A stretch of 63,535 nt of DNA, counting the filler, from Octopus bimaculoides (taxonomy: Eukaryota): NCBI RefSeq assembly GCF_001194135.2. It is 5 parts of 5 records of this genome, joined end to end, with 100 filler letters (N's around TTAATTAATTAA, not from the genome) between each part and the next. Parts side by side here need not be neighbours in the genome. Positions count along the whole stretch, not along the records: positions 12,545 to 33,804 come from NC_068994.1; 4 more parts are not named here. One strand, given 5' to 3'. The position numbers and the translations under genes are program-made. Position 1 is the stretch's first letter. Each line of letters opens with the position of its first letter. Below are positions 12,632 to 25,204 of the stretch, piece by piece. A model generated the notes under the pieces. That model saw nothing but the letters and a program-made list of their open reading frames with translations. It made no database searches and had not been told where the DNA came from.

Positions 12632-12839
12632 TCACTTAATTGTTGCTTGTTTCTTAATTGCATCGTAATTTGAATTTGTCTTGATGCGGATCTTTAAAAT
12701 ACTAATTTTTGCTATTTTATCTCTTTTCAATTGCAGATGATGACTTGAACGTACGATCGTCTGGTTGAATTCCTTGTCATCATGCACAATGTAATCCCTT
12801 GTGTGAGGGGCATCGATAAACCACGTATTGGGAAATATC
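12632..12839 (-). other. Candidate terminal exon of an unidentified minus-strand gene
   Basis: Long T-rich tract ending tttttaAG (12841-12840), then 68 open codons IFPNTWFIDAPHTRDYIVHDDKEFNQ...K*. No family recognised. Confidence 0.2.
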
Positions 12840-13109
12840 CTTAAAAATATAACCCAACCAAACATCAAAATATAGCAGAAAGCACAAGAATTAGATGAAG
12901 TAGAAGTAAAAAAAAAAAAAAATCCAAGCAACAACAAAAAAATACAACCTACGTTATATTTCGATTTGTCAAGTTACAAAAAATAACAGCACCAAAAACA
13001 CCAACAACAACAACAGTAAATAAAACAAATATAATGAATAAAATATGTAACAAAGCAACGCCAAAAATATTTCGGAGTCCTTAGGAACATTCGATAGCAT
13101 GTAATTTTG

Positions 13110-13157
13110 CACGATTATCATCATCATCATAATCATCATCATCTTTAATATTATCAA

Positions 13158-13216
<59 letters not shown>

Positions 13217-13221
13217 GTAGT

Positions 13222-13259
<38 letters not shown>

Positions 13260-14723
13260 TCATCCATTATTATTACTCGTCCATTATCATTATTATCTGC
13301 ATCATCTATAAAGCCATGAAGTAAAAATCGTTACGTTACGAAATTGGACGGTCATCAGCTCCAGTAACTATCGTCACACCTNNNNNNNNNNNNNNNNNNN
13401 NNNNNNNNNNNNNNNNNNNNNNNNNNNNNNNNNNNNNNNNNNNNNNNNNNNNNNNNNNNNNNNNNNNNNNNNNNNNNNNNNNNNNNNNNNNNNNNNNNNN
13501 NNNNNNNNNNNNNNNNNNNNNNNNNNNNNNNNNNNNNNNNNNNNNNNNNNNNNNNNNNNNNNNNNNNNNNNNNNNNNNNNNNNNNNNNNNNNNNNNNNNN
13601 NNNNNNNNNNNNNNNNNNNNNNNNNNNNNNNNNNNNNNNNNNNNNNNNNNNNNNNNNNNNNNNNNNNNNNNNNNNNNNNNNNNNNNNNNNNNNNNNNNNN
13701 NNNNNNNNNNNNNNNNNNNNNNNNNNNNNNNNNNNNNNNNNNNNNNNNNNNNNNNNNNNNNNNNNNNNNNNNNNNNNNNNNNNNNNNNNNNNNNNNNNNN
13801 NNNNAAAAAAAAAAAAAAAAAAAAAAAACGAAGATAGCAAAACAGTCTAATTTGTCCTGACGCCCGACAGTCAATGAACAATATAAAGCTGTGCCAGTCC
13901 ATTATGGCGACATATCTTGGCCTATCACAGAGAATATATGTCACAGCGGAAGCAGTGAACTGTAAAACAGAAGTAACTGTCCAAGAAAGAAGACGTAATA
14001 TTATCGAACAATCAATAGGATCCATCATTTATGACTTGTACATAAGGAAAGAGATTATGCGGAACATTAAACGAGAAATTAGCAAACGATCTTTTAAAGT
14101 GTCCTCATCTGCAACGCATTTCTTTTGACAAACACGCCGTGTTAATATTCTTAACATTGTTATCATTATTATTAATTAGTGTTTTGATATTCTTGTTGTC
14201 AATATTATTATTATTATTTATGGCAATTTGAAAAAAAAATGAATAATAACAGTTTCTAGTTGATTGTCAATTATAGCAAAACCGTGAGAGACACGGGAAA
14301 AAGAAAAGAAGAAATTATTGGAGAAGGCATACGACAATTTATGAAGAGAAACAGGTAGAGAGGAAATCAGAAAGACAAGTAGATAGATAGATAGATAAAT
14401 AGATGTTTAGATAAATAAATGGATAGACAGATGGATAAATAGACATATCGATTGTCAGATTAATAAAGCGACCACAAATACCAATAGAAGTAATAGCTAC
14501 AATAACAACAGTATTAACGGCAATAACAACAATAACAACATCATCAACAACAACAATAATAATAACGACAATAATAAAGTAGTGACAAGAGCAACAACGA
14601 CAGCTAAAACAACATTAACGAACAAGGCTGTCAACCTCCACTACCTCATTACTTTCTTTTCTTTTTCTTCTACTTCTTCTTCATTAATACCACAAGTAAC
14701 AGCACTATTACCATCTTTATAAC

Positions 14724-14763
<40 letters not shown>

Positions 14764-14890
14764 GTCATCATCATCATCATTATCATCATCAACATCAAAT
14801 TCACCCTCAACATCGTCAGTGTCATCGTCATTATCAACAACAATAACAACAACCAAAACAACGATAACAAACAAACGCATCGTTATTATC

Positions 14891-14928
<38 letters not shown>

Positions 14929-15001
14929 GATGATGATGAATAAATGAAGAAAAACAAAGAAAAACAACTTTAACAGAAATACAATACAGAAGAGATTAAA
15001 A

Positions 15002-15080
<79 letters not shown>

Positions 15081-15272
15081 CATATGTATATCATGTAAAT
15101 AAAAGGACACAAAAAGAAGATATAAAATGTAAAACTACGAAAAAAAAACAAGCTACGAGTACAGACGAAATAAGAAAAATAAACTGAAGAATAAAATATA
15201 TTGTAAAACAATTGAAAACCACGACTATCGCATCATTATAGTCATCACAATCAGCAGCAGCGGCAGCAACAA

Positions 15273-15307
<35 letters not shown>

Positions 15308-15310
15308 GGA
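13110..15310. repeat. Trinucleotide microsatellite fields (ATT, ATC, AAC, CAG) upstream of the GPCR
   Basis: Arrays at about 13115-13300, 14505-14940 and 15240-15306, interspersed with unique sequence and a gap. Confidence 0.9.
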
Positions 15311-16377
15311 ATGCAACATCGAAAGCTAAAAAGAAATCCTAAGTGCAATATGCAAGGATATTAATAATAATATCATAAGAAGTTTGATCTTTATGACCTG
15401 ATTGATTTTTTAAAAACTGCAATGAAACTGAAAGTATCTGTTCGAAAGTGAAAGTAAGTGATCCAAAGTAATAATAAACTCAACATCGTCATCAGCAGCA
15501 CAACAACCATCAATAACACTACAAAATCTGTCAGCATCAGTACCACTGTCCCCAGCAACACTATCGTCAACATAATCATACGTTTCTTCTTTATTACGTT
15601 TCCCTAAAATTATTTGCTCCATTTATCTATTTATTTATTTATTTATTGAAACATTCCATACAACTCACACTTCTATTTCTTTTGCGTGCCAGTGTTTATG
15701 AATCTTTTTTTAATCGCTCACATTTTCTATCTCTCTCTCTTATGTTACTATTTTTGTTTCTTTATCTCTCTATCGATCAAACACTCGACATTTAAACAAA
15801 ACAATTTAATAATAATAATCGTTTTTATTTTTTGAAAACATTTTCACTATTGTTTTCTTCAAATAAGATAACTGAAAGATATCTTAAGTTTGCTTTGGTT
15901 TATTTGTTTAAAGTAACATACGAGGAACCCGAGTCTCTCCCCCACTCTCTCTCTCCCTCTCTCTCTCTCTCTCACACACACACACGCACACGCATATATA
16001 TATTTATATGTATATGTACTTGTATATGTTGACTTTACAAGGAAATTATGCAAAGACATTTGGTCAAGTGAAACCAAGCTCTGATTATTGAACATTCTTC
16101 GTTATTAACAGAACGAAAGAGGAAAATATAAAACGTAAAGAAATCAAGATAAACGCAGTGGAAAACAACACCGAAAGAAGAGAAGGAGAGAGAAAGAGAG
16201 GTGAAAGAAGATAGAATTATTGAAATAATCATAAAAATAATTACAATAACAGTATAACAAAAAAAAAGCAGCAACAAGAGCTGCATCTTTCTGCTTTCAA
16301 ATAAAATTCTTCATGCAAATAACAATCGTATTCCACTAATAAAACCGAGTTAATTTCAGAGTGAAAAGTGTAGCGTC

Positions 16378-17361
16378 ATGGAAACACCACTTCCGGATAC
16401 AACAACGTTTCACAATGAATCTGCCGTGGGAAAACAAATATCACTATCTCTACAGATTACCTTTGGCATCACTTACGGGATTATAGCTATCATCACACTC
16501 GTGGGCAATTTATTGGTGCTCATCGCCGTTTTAAAATTTCAACGTCTTCAAATTCCAACGAACTACTTTGTGTGCAGTCTTGCTTTCGCTGATGTGACAG
16601 TCGCCATTTTAGTGTTACCACTGTCTTTAATTTATGACCTTACAGGTGGTGAATGGTGGTTCGGCTGGGTGTTTTGCTATTTTTGGCGGTCTTGTGACGT
16701 CATGTGTTGCACAGCATCTATTTTGCATTTATGTTGTATTTCTCTAGACCGCTATTGGGCAATCACTAAGCCGTTTGCCTACACTATGAAAATGTCTAAA
16801 GGAAGAGTAGCTTGCATGATCATAACCGTCTGGTTTTGCAGCGTTTGCATATCGTTTATTCCGTTCTATTTAGGCTGGTTCACCGACGATCCAGACACAC
16901 TATATACAGATACAGGCAAATGTGATTTAACAGTTAATAAAATTTACGCTGTACTTTCTGCAATGACATCTTTTTATATTCCATTTATCGTCATGGTATT
17001 TTCATATGCAGCCATTTTAAGAATTGCGAAAATACAGGCAAATGCCATAAAAAAGAGCATCCCCAGACACAGTTATACCGGTGGTGGCGGGCCAGAAAAA
17101 TACGAATCTGCGGCTAGTGATAGAAAAGCACTGAGGACCCTCGGAATAATAATGGGGGTGTTTATTGTTTCTTGGTTACCGTTTTTTCTAATGTATATAA
17201 TTATGCCCTTTTGTTCTGAGTGTGAAATATCTCCGTTGGCAATATCGGTTATTACATGGCTTGGTTATGGCAACAGTTGTATGAATCCTGTTATATATGC
17301 ATTTATGAACAGGGACTTCCGTCTGGCTTTTAAGAAACTTCTCACTTGTTCTGTTTCATGA
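16378..17361 (+). CDS. Class A biogenic-amine GPCR, 327 aa, intronless CDS; closest in style to beta-type octopamine / D1-like dopamine / 5-HT4-like (Gs-type) receptors
   Basis: Seven hydrophobic segments with GN (TM1), SLAFAD (TM2), C3.25, D3.32 (SCDVMCCTASILHLCCISLDRY), S5.42/S5.46 (LSAMTSFYIP), RKALRTL, SWLPFF, NSCMNPVIY, helix 8 FRLAFKKLLTC, and N-glycosylation site NES. Acceptor taatttcAG at 16358-16359 implies a spliced 5' UTR. Confidence 0.95.
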   Translation: METPLPDTTTFHNESAVGKQISLSLQITFGITYGIIAIITLVGNLLVLIAVLKFQRLQIPTNYFVCSLAFADVTVAILVLPLSLIYDLTGGEWWFGWVFCYFWRSCDVMCCTASILHLCCISLDRYWAITKPFAYTMKMSKGRVACMIITVWFCSVCISFIPFYLGWFTDDPDTLYTDTGKCDLTVNKIYAVLSAMTSFYIPFIVMVFSYAAILRIAKIQANAIKKSIPRHSYTGGGGPEKYESAASDRKALRTLGIIMGVFIVSWLPFFLMYIIMPFCSECEISPLAISVITWLGYGNSCMNPVIYAFMNRDFRLAFKKLLTCSVS

Positions 17362-18892
17362 ATTTTCATTTTATATATTTAATTAATTTGATTGACTCAA
17401 TAATTATTGTACATTTTTATTTAGTAAAAAAAAAACATTTCATATTTTATAAAGAAAAAAATGCAAACTAAATCCACGAAGAATCTTTGAAAATTATTTA
17501 TTTTAAACCCTACATTTTATTAAAAGGAAGACATGTCTTCTGAAAATATGGCTCCTTAATGCCATGGTCTCTCGCATGCAAAGCTCTTCTGTGATCTTCG
17601 AAAGGACATTTTTCAATGTAATCTTCTTCAAACTGCACAAACTTATTCTAATGTATTGTATATGTCTTGAAAAGAGAGAAAAGAATAACAAACTAGTCTA
17701 ATATTTCAAAATGTTTGTTTGTCATTAATCTTTTTATTATCTATTAGGCTGTGAGTTGGTACAGGTGTCAAAAATTTATAATTATGTACACCAACGTAAA
17801 TGATAAATATATATATATAAATATATATATACATACACGTGCGTGTGTATTTATATTTGTGTATATATATGTGTGTATATATANNNNNNNNNNNNNNNNN
17901 NNNNNNNNNNNNNNNNNNNNNNNNNNNNNNNNNNNNNNNNNNNNNNNNNNNNNNNNNNNNNNNNNNNNNNNNNNNNNNNNNNNNNNNNNNNNNNNNNNNN
18001 NNNNNNNNNNNNNNNNNNNNNNNNNNNNNNNNNNNNNNNNNNNNNNNNNNNNNNNNNTATATATATATATATATATATTTTTTTTTTTCTAGTTTCAGCT
18101 CAGAGCTGTGGCCATGCTGGGGCACCGCCGTTTTGCTAAACTGTTATTATTGAAAAGTCGACCCTAGTATTTCACGAACAACAGGACAACATTTGTGGTA
18201 CCGTTTATCCTGGTATGTAAAAATAAGACTGTTACAAAACTGTGTGGCTACCTTTACAGCCACGAAGAAGAATACGTTTTCGGTGAAGAATTGATGTTGG
18301 AAAGTGATGTTGTGCTTTTACTTCTTTTATCAATTTTGGTAATTAAAACATTAAGTTGCATTTAAACAATTAGAAATAAAAAAAAACGCTCCACTAATAT
18401 ATCGTGCCATAATTCACTTGTGATGAGTTTGACTTTAACCATGAATATGAAAATAGTGTAAGTATCAGATGTATGTACCGTATTACAGTAGATAGTGGTA
18501 TGCCGGTATCGGGTTGATATGCTACCGGTGGTAATATTACATAATTATGAGATATAAATTGATTTCACTCAGCTAGTCTGTTAAGTATGATGGGTACACA
18601 TAAAAGAGTAAGTGAAAATATTTATAAAAGCTACCCGGTCTGGTTTATGGGTTTTGTTATTTCCTAGGACATGACTGTTGATGCACAGAATTGGTAATAT
18701 TACTGTAATTCATTGTGGTTTTGCTTTTACTCGTTTATGGATCAGTTGGGCTTCTGCTGCTGTTACGGTACTTCGGATTCTAGCTTGAATTTCAGTCCCT
18801 CAGAGGTAGTATCCGTGTAATAGTTGACCCCATAAATTTGAGCTTAAAAAATGGTCTAAAAATTTCGACGACTTTTACACGAGTATATAAGG

Positions 18893-18951
<59 letters not shown>

Positions 18952-20899
18952 GTATATGTATATACATAAATTACATATAATTATATATGTAGATATTGCT
19001 CTCAGTATTAAGTCATTCAATATTGTTTACTGAGTTTCAGTGAAAGGGTTACACAGCTGACGTATTTTATTACCTTAATCTTCTGACCGGTACAACAAGG
19101 AAAATAGGAAAGATAACCACTGACTTCTAATATAGAATACACTGCCTCACCTCAACGATTCAATATTTTATGAAGACTCAGCAATTTAAAATTAACAGTG
19201 AGATGATTAGGCTATAGATAAATAACGACTAAACCAGGCTCTGAGTAAAGAGAGGACCTCTGGTGTCTAGTACACTGCTCTCTGTTTGGTCGGGTGAACA
19301 TGTATGACTGGCTCTCACTCATTCCCTTAGTCTTTCACGTGCTAGCTCCAAGTGCAACACTCCAGCACATCCCCTCAACTGGCCGGCTAAACTACATGAG
19401 GGTGTATTGTTGAGACTGCACTACTTAACGGGTGGAGAAACTCCGGCAATGGCCAATGGCCAGGGCAGAGGAATCTCAGGATGATTAACGACCAAGTGTC
19501 CTTGACTGAAAGCGAAATAAACATTAGATCGTGGACCTTGTCTAGCGGTTAACAGAGACTGCTCCACCCGACAGTCTGTTTTCTGAATGTAAATGATTAG
19601 GCTTCAGGTTAGCTTCTGTTCCTTGAAAAAGCCCCGAGCTACCAAAAACAATTCAAAGTGTAAAAGCACACCAACAGCCGTTTCCTGTTTGAGACAGTAT
19701 AAAGGTGGATGGTGATGAATCCTGCTGGTGTACTGTGACTGACTCCTGTGTCACCCGACACAAGAGCAGCTAAGTAAGTAGACCAGCCAGCGGTTTTAAC
19801 ATCCCCATGTAGTCACGCTTGAATTTAGCGGAGTTCACTCTTTTGAAAGCATTCAAAACAAGTTATTCCCGGTTTAAGGAAAGCTTTCTTCTCTTTGTTC
19901 TTTCCTCGCCGTGAAAGCTATGACAAGTTTCATGAGCATTGTTCCTTCTCTTCTGATTAATCCAAATATATCTGATTTAAGATCTAAAAATCAGACATTC
20001 CACCACTATTGCTATGAGAGATAATGAATGACATTCGATGGCAATCAGTAATTGAAATATAGTCGTCCAATGACTAAATTAATTGTAAAAAGAAAACAAA
20101 TACATTTTTAATAAAAATAACCCTTTCAAGGATTACAGAGATTTAGTTCAAAATATAAATTGTCCAATAATATTGATTTTGACACAAAAACATACAAATG
20201 TTGGGAGAAGGTTTTCGTTGATTAAATCGATTGCAGCGCTTGGATTGTAATTTATTTTATCGAGCCTGAGAAGAGAAGTGAACTTAATATATAAAATACA
20301 TAAAACATATAAATGTTATTACCTAAGGAGCGCAAAATAGAAAAGGATTAACTGCGGGACTAGCAATACATTCTCATAGAAAAATAAAACAAACAAAAAT
20401 TAATATGCATTACTGGAGCCGCTCAAAGTCGAACCGATATGCAGTGTAGCCTTGCACGAAAATAAAGAAGAATATAAAGAAGCATAATAAAATCAAAAGT
20501 GTATATTTAAAAGATTACAGGCTTATGAGGCCAGAGTTTACTCGGATTTCCAGAACGTTTAGGCTGAGCGGTACAGCACTTCAACTGTTTTTGACGCTAT
20601 TCTATCGCTGTCCTTCCCATCCCAGCAAATGCCCCTGTTATTCGTGCAATATTAAATGAATTATCTTTCTCAAGAATACATCATTGCACTGCTCGATCCG
20701 AGAAACAAGAAGACATGACCTAGCGATCGAGAACAACCCAATACTATTCACCATTCGGCTACGCACATTCACCAAAAGCATTTAGGGTTAGAATGAGACA
20801 ATTGGGGCGCTGCTGTTTGAACTCTGACAATCTGGCACGGTCCACTAGATATTCGGTCTGTTTTGGCAACAACTGTTTTTGATTCTGGAGGCAAACACG

Positions 20900-20944
<45 letters not shown>

Positions 20945-21149
20945 AAATACACGCACATATACAAAAAATGAGAGAAAGCGTAAGAGAAAAAGCGGCATTA
21001 CAATTTTTTACATGAGCACAACTGACATAAACACTTTTTCTCTCATCATACACATAGAAATGTCCTCACACACATACATAAACAGGGAGAAGGAGACACA
21101 AAGAGAAAGAGAGAGAGGAGAGGAAGGGGAGAGGGAATGAGCGAGGGAG

Positions 21150-21182
<33 letters not shown>

Positions 21183-21747
21183 TTAGAGAGAGAGAGAGAG
21201 AACGAGAGAAACGTTAAACTGCCTGGTGTCAGATAAGTTAATGTCAAGTCGGCGACACCACACAGGCGACGGCCAAAACGTCTGTGTCCATAAGTCTCAT
21301 AAAGTCTCATAAAATCTTGGAGATGCATTTGATCTGCTGCATGTGTGGTGAATTGGCTAAATCGTTAGAATATCAGAGAAAAGCGCGTTTACGGTATTTA
21401 GTTACAACCCTTTAATTACTTCGTTCGAATGTCGTCGAGGTAGGAAGACTCCGCCTTCCATTTCTTCTGGAATGGTGGCCAGGGTGGGTGTGATATGAAA
21501 TGTACTATCAAACAACTGGTGTCAATTTAATCAATTAAACCTTCCCACTCCACGAAATCTGTAGCATTGTGCTAATGTTGAAGATCAAAAGATTTTAACT
21601 GATGTTGTTATCGCAGTCAGTTAACCCCAACTTTGTCCTGAATCGACAGATCTTTCTTCAAAGATGTTAGAGTCGTGTTTCTTATTTCTTTTAGTTATGA
21701 CATAGGAACGCACTCTGAAGGCGCGTGGCTTAGTGTTTAGGGTATTA

Positions 21748-21963
21748 GGAAAATTTTTTGCTGCTTTGGACAAGTGTTCTCCTAAATCTAATCGGTATCC
21801 TGCTATTTTTAATAGGCAAACAGCGTAGGTATCCTACGCCAACTCTGCTAATTTAGAGCAGCTTATGCATCGCATAAACAATAGCAAAGTGCGGCAAAGG
21901 TTCAATACCCACCTGCTGGATCTAGCGAACATTTGCATCTCGGTACCAACCAAGAAGATGTAA
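21748..21963 (+). mobile_element. Penelope-like element fragment (RT-to-GIY-YIG linker), abutting a truncated SINE head at about 21718-21747
   Basis: GKFFAALDKCSPKSNRYPAIFNRQTA*VSYANSANLEQLMHRINNSK resembles the PLE pattern GK.F..L.D..FP......IFNR..VKVSY...N. One in-frame stop. Confidence 0.5.
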
Positions 21964-22531
21964 ACCGCATTGATAGACACCAACTACGACCAATTTATAG
22001 TAGGAGAAATACTTATGATGCAGCTAACACGGTAACAACGCCGGTAAACGGATTGTGATTATTTTCTTTGCAAGTATTTCTAACACTTCAGCAATTTATT
22101 GTTCTCATATCTATTGATATGATTTAGCTTAATATCATTTCTGGTGTAATTAAATGTCGCACACATCCTTCCGTTTAAACAACAGGCACACGGAAAAACA
22201 CAACCACACACACCCTAGTATACAATCACATGTATATATGTCTGTATGAGTGAGCATTGAAGTATTGGCTTGGTGCATAATTATTGCGGCTTTTTTTCAG
22301 CAAATTTTATTCAACAAAAACAATAACAATATTTAGCAAAAACATCTTGAAATGACGGTCTGACCGTCTGTCAAGCAAATGAGAAGCAGTAACTGAAGTA
22401 GATGGTAAATATGCTCCGGAATAATCATTTAAAGATGTTTTTGTTGCATGTTGGGGAATGTTTTGGGGAATAAAATTTGTTGAAAAAAAGTCGCAATAAT
22501 TATGCACCAACCCAATATGTTTCTCTCTCAA

Positions 22532-22574
<43 letters not shown>

Positions 22575-22825
22575 GCACACGCTCACACACGCACGCGCTC
22601 ACACACGCTCACACACGCACGCGCTCACACACGCNNNNNNNNNNNNNNNNNNNNNNNNNNNNNNNNNNNNNNNNNNNNNNNNNNNNNNNNNNNNNNNNNN
22701 NNNNNNNNNNNNNNNNNNNNNNNNNNNNNNNNNNNNNNNNNNNNNNNNNNNNNNNNNNNNNNNNNNNNNNNNNNNNNNNNNNNNNNNNNNNNNNNNNNNN
22801 NNNNNNNNNNNATATATACACGCAC

Positions 22826-22878
<53 letters not shown>

Positions 22879-23036
22879 TATAGCTAAATAATAGATTATT
22901 ATTATTATTATATATATACGCTTGCAAAAAGCTGTAAGCAATGCAGGTGACGAGTTAAATAAAATATGTAAGTTGATGTCAATGAACGAAAATAAAGAGA
23001 AAAGATAATGTATTTACTTGCATAGGCAGTTTGATA

Positions 23037-23090
<54 letters not shown>

Positions 23091-23448
23091 GTATATATAT
23101 ATGTATTTATATATTATAAACACATGTGAGCATATATATATATATATATGTATGTATGCATATAATGGATGTATGCATATAAATACACTCATACATGCAT
23201 ATGTGTAGTTATATATACACATAAACACACACACAGATACACACATACATATAGTATATTGCATCGTTACTGGTGGGATCTACAAAAAATAGCCAGTGAG
23301 AGATTAATATCATTTAATATACACATAATTTAAATGTAAGCTTCTAAAGACTGAATGATTCACTGGATAAGAACGGCATACTATACAAGTATTTTTCAGT
23401 GGCATGAAGCAAATAATAGTTCGCATTTAAATCCTGTGCACATTAAAT

Positions 23449-23494
<46 letters not shown>

Positions 23495-23515
23495 TAGATA
23501 TGATCACATATATTT

Positions 23516-24035
23516 GCATATATAAATATAAATACGTTCAAATATGTATAAATATATAAAAATATATAAAAATTTAAAAAATGGACGCGTAAATTATCTC
23601 ATCTTGCATATCTACTTATATATATTTACATGCTCGTAATAATAAATACATGTAAATATCTGTACAGAAATCACGTGCAGAAATATTGTATAAATATGTA
23701 CTTGTGTAAGTAATATGTTACTAGTTAGATTCATACATAAATATTTACTTATGTTCAAATACAGTTCAATAATAATGCAATAGTAATATCTATAGCTACT
23801 GACCTATCATAAACCTTTTTCTCTCTGTTCCTAACTCTCTTCTACTTATGTATATATTCTACACGCTTTACACATATGTCACTCATCCATCTCAACTACC
23901 ACACTCTACGCAGAGACACAAACACAAGCATACACATACACACACAAACATACATACACACATATACTCCTACACACACGCGCGCGCGGGCGGGACATCA
24001 TCGTTCTCTTGATTATTCTAGAAGTACAATCCATA

Positions 24036-24075
<40 letters not shown>

Positions 24076-25204
24076 TAGTAATGGTAAGACAACAAAAGAA
24101 TGAATGAGACCTCGATATTATGTAAATAGAGAAATTTATCTGTAATATAATATGTGACAATTATTCAGTTGCCATAATAAGACTCCGAGTTTCGGATGTT
24201 GGGGCGGAAAACTGCTCCGGCATCTCGTCAGTTATCGAGGCAATAAAAAAATGCTATGAAAATGACCGTTATTGTGACAAGAGAGCTATTGGAATGACAG
24301 ATAGATACACAGACACACACACACACACACATATATAAGTTCAATTAGAGGTTAAATAAGCCTCATTAAGGGGTAATAATATCCAATGGACTTACTGGTT
24401 TAAATATTGATTTTAATACTCATAAATAATAAATAATTAGATAAACAGAAGTTTATATTTGTTTAAGAAAAATAAGAAAATAGTGATTAATCAATCGATA
24501 ATTATATTTATTTATTGTAAAAGTAGACATAATCCCTGACAGCTGTTTCAATTCAGTCTCTAAAGATTTTAATTGAAATAAGTAAATCATTATGAAGTAG
24601 AAAGCCGTCGGAGGTAGAAGAAAAGATATACCATTACATTTTTATGTACTAAGTGTGCGGAACATTTCAGCTGAGTATTGTTTTATGGATAAACTTGGTA
24701 CAGACCTTATAAGGGTGTGGGTGTATATTTAGAAAGAAAGTAGATATATAATATACTCTGGATAATCATTAAACAGTATAGGGATAAATAATACATATTA
24801 ATTAACTGTGTATTTAAGTATCATATTAATATTGGGGTAAATATGTTTTTAAAAAATTAAGTAATAAGGGTGTATTAATTCGTAAGTAAAAATTTAAAAA
24901 ATGGATAGAGTTATATATTCACGTATATTTGAATGCATATATAAATATAAATACATTCAAATATTTATAAATATATAAAAATATATAAAAAATTTTAAAA
25001 AATGGACGCGTAAATTATCTCATCTTGCATATATACTTATATATTTACACGCTCACACATAATAAATTCATGTAAATATCTACAGAAATCATATGCAGAA
25101 AAATTGTATAAATATGTAATTGTGTAAGTAATATGTTTCTACTTAGATTCATACACGAAAATTTACTTATGTTCAAATACAGTTCAATAATACTGCAATA
25201 GTAA
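23516..25204. repeat. Pair of ~270-bp direct repeats (23516-23786 and 24934-25204)
   Basis: Near-identical AT-rich blocks (…aaaatggacgcgtaaattatctcatcttgcat…cttatgttcaaatacagttcaataa…) offset by 1418 bp. Confidence 0.9.
24176..24236 (-). ncRNA. Type-I hammerhead ribozyme candidate
   Basis: Minus strand: GAUAA-CUGACGA-GAUG[22 nt]CAUC(C)-GAA-ACU CGG AGU-C/UUAUU. Five-bp stem I, full core, GUC triplet, one bulged C in stem II. Confidence 0.6.

Noticed and set aside
13874-14128. 84-aa ORF upstream of the GPCR
   Set aside because: No recognisable homology or motif; cannot be distinguished from a chance ORF.
21885-22058. 57-codon frame (QYPPAGSSEHLHLG...VNGL*) as a spliced C-tail of the GPCR
   Set aside because: No credible donor near the receptor's end, weak acceptor, and it overlaps the Penelope-like relic in another frame.
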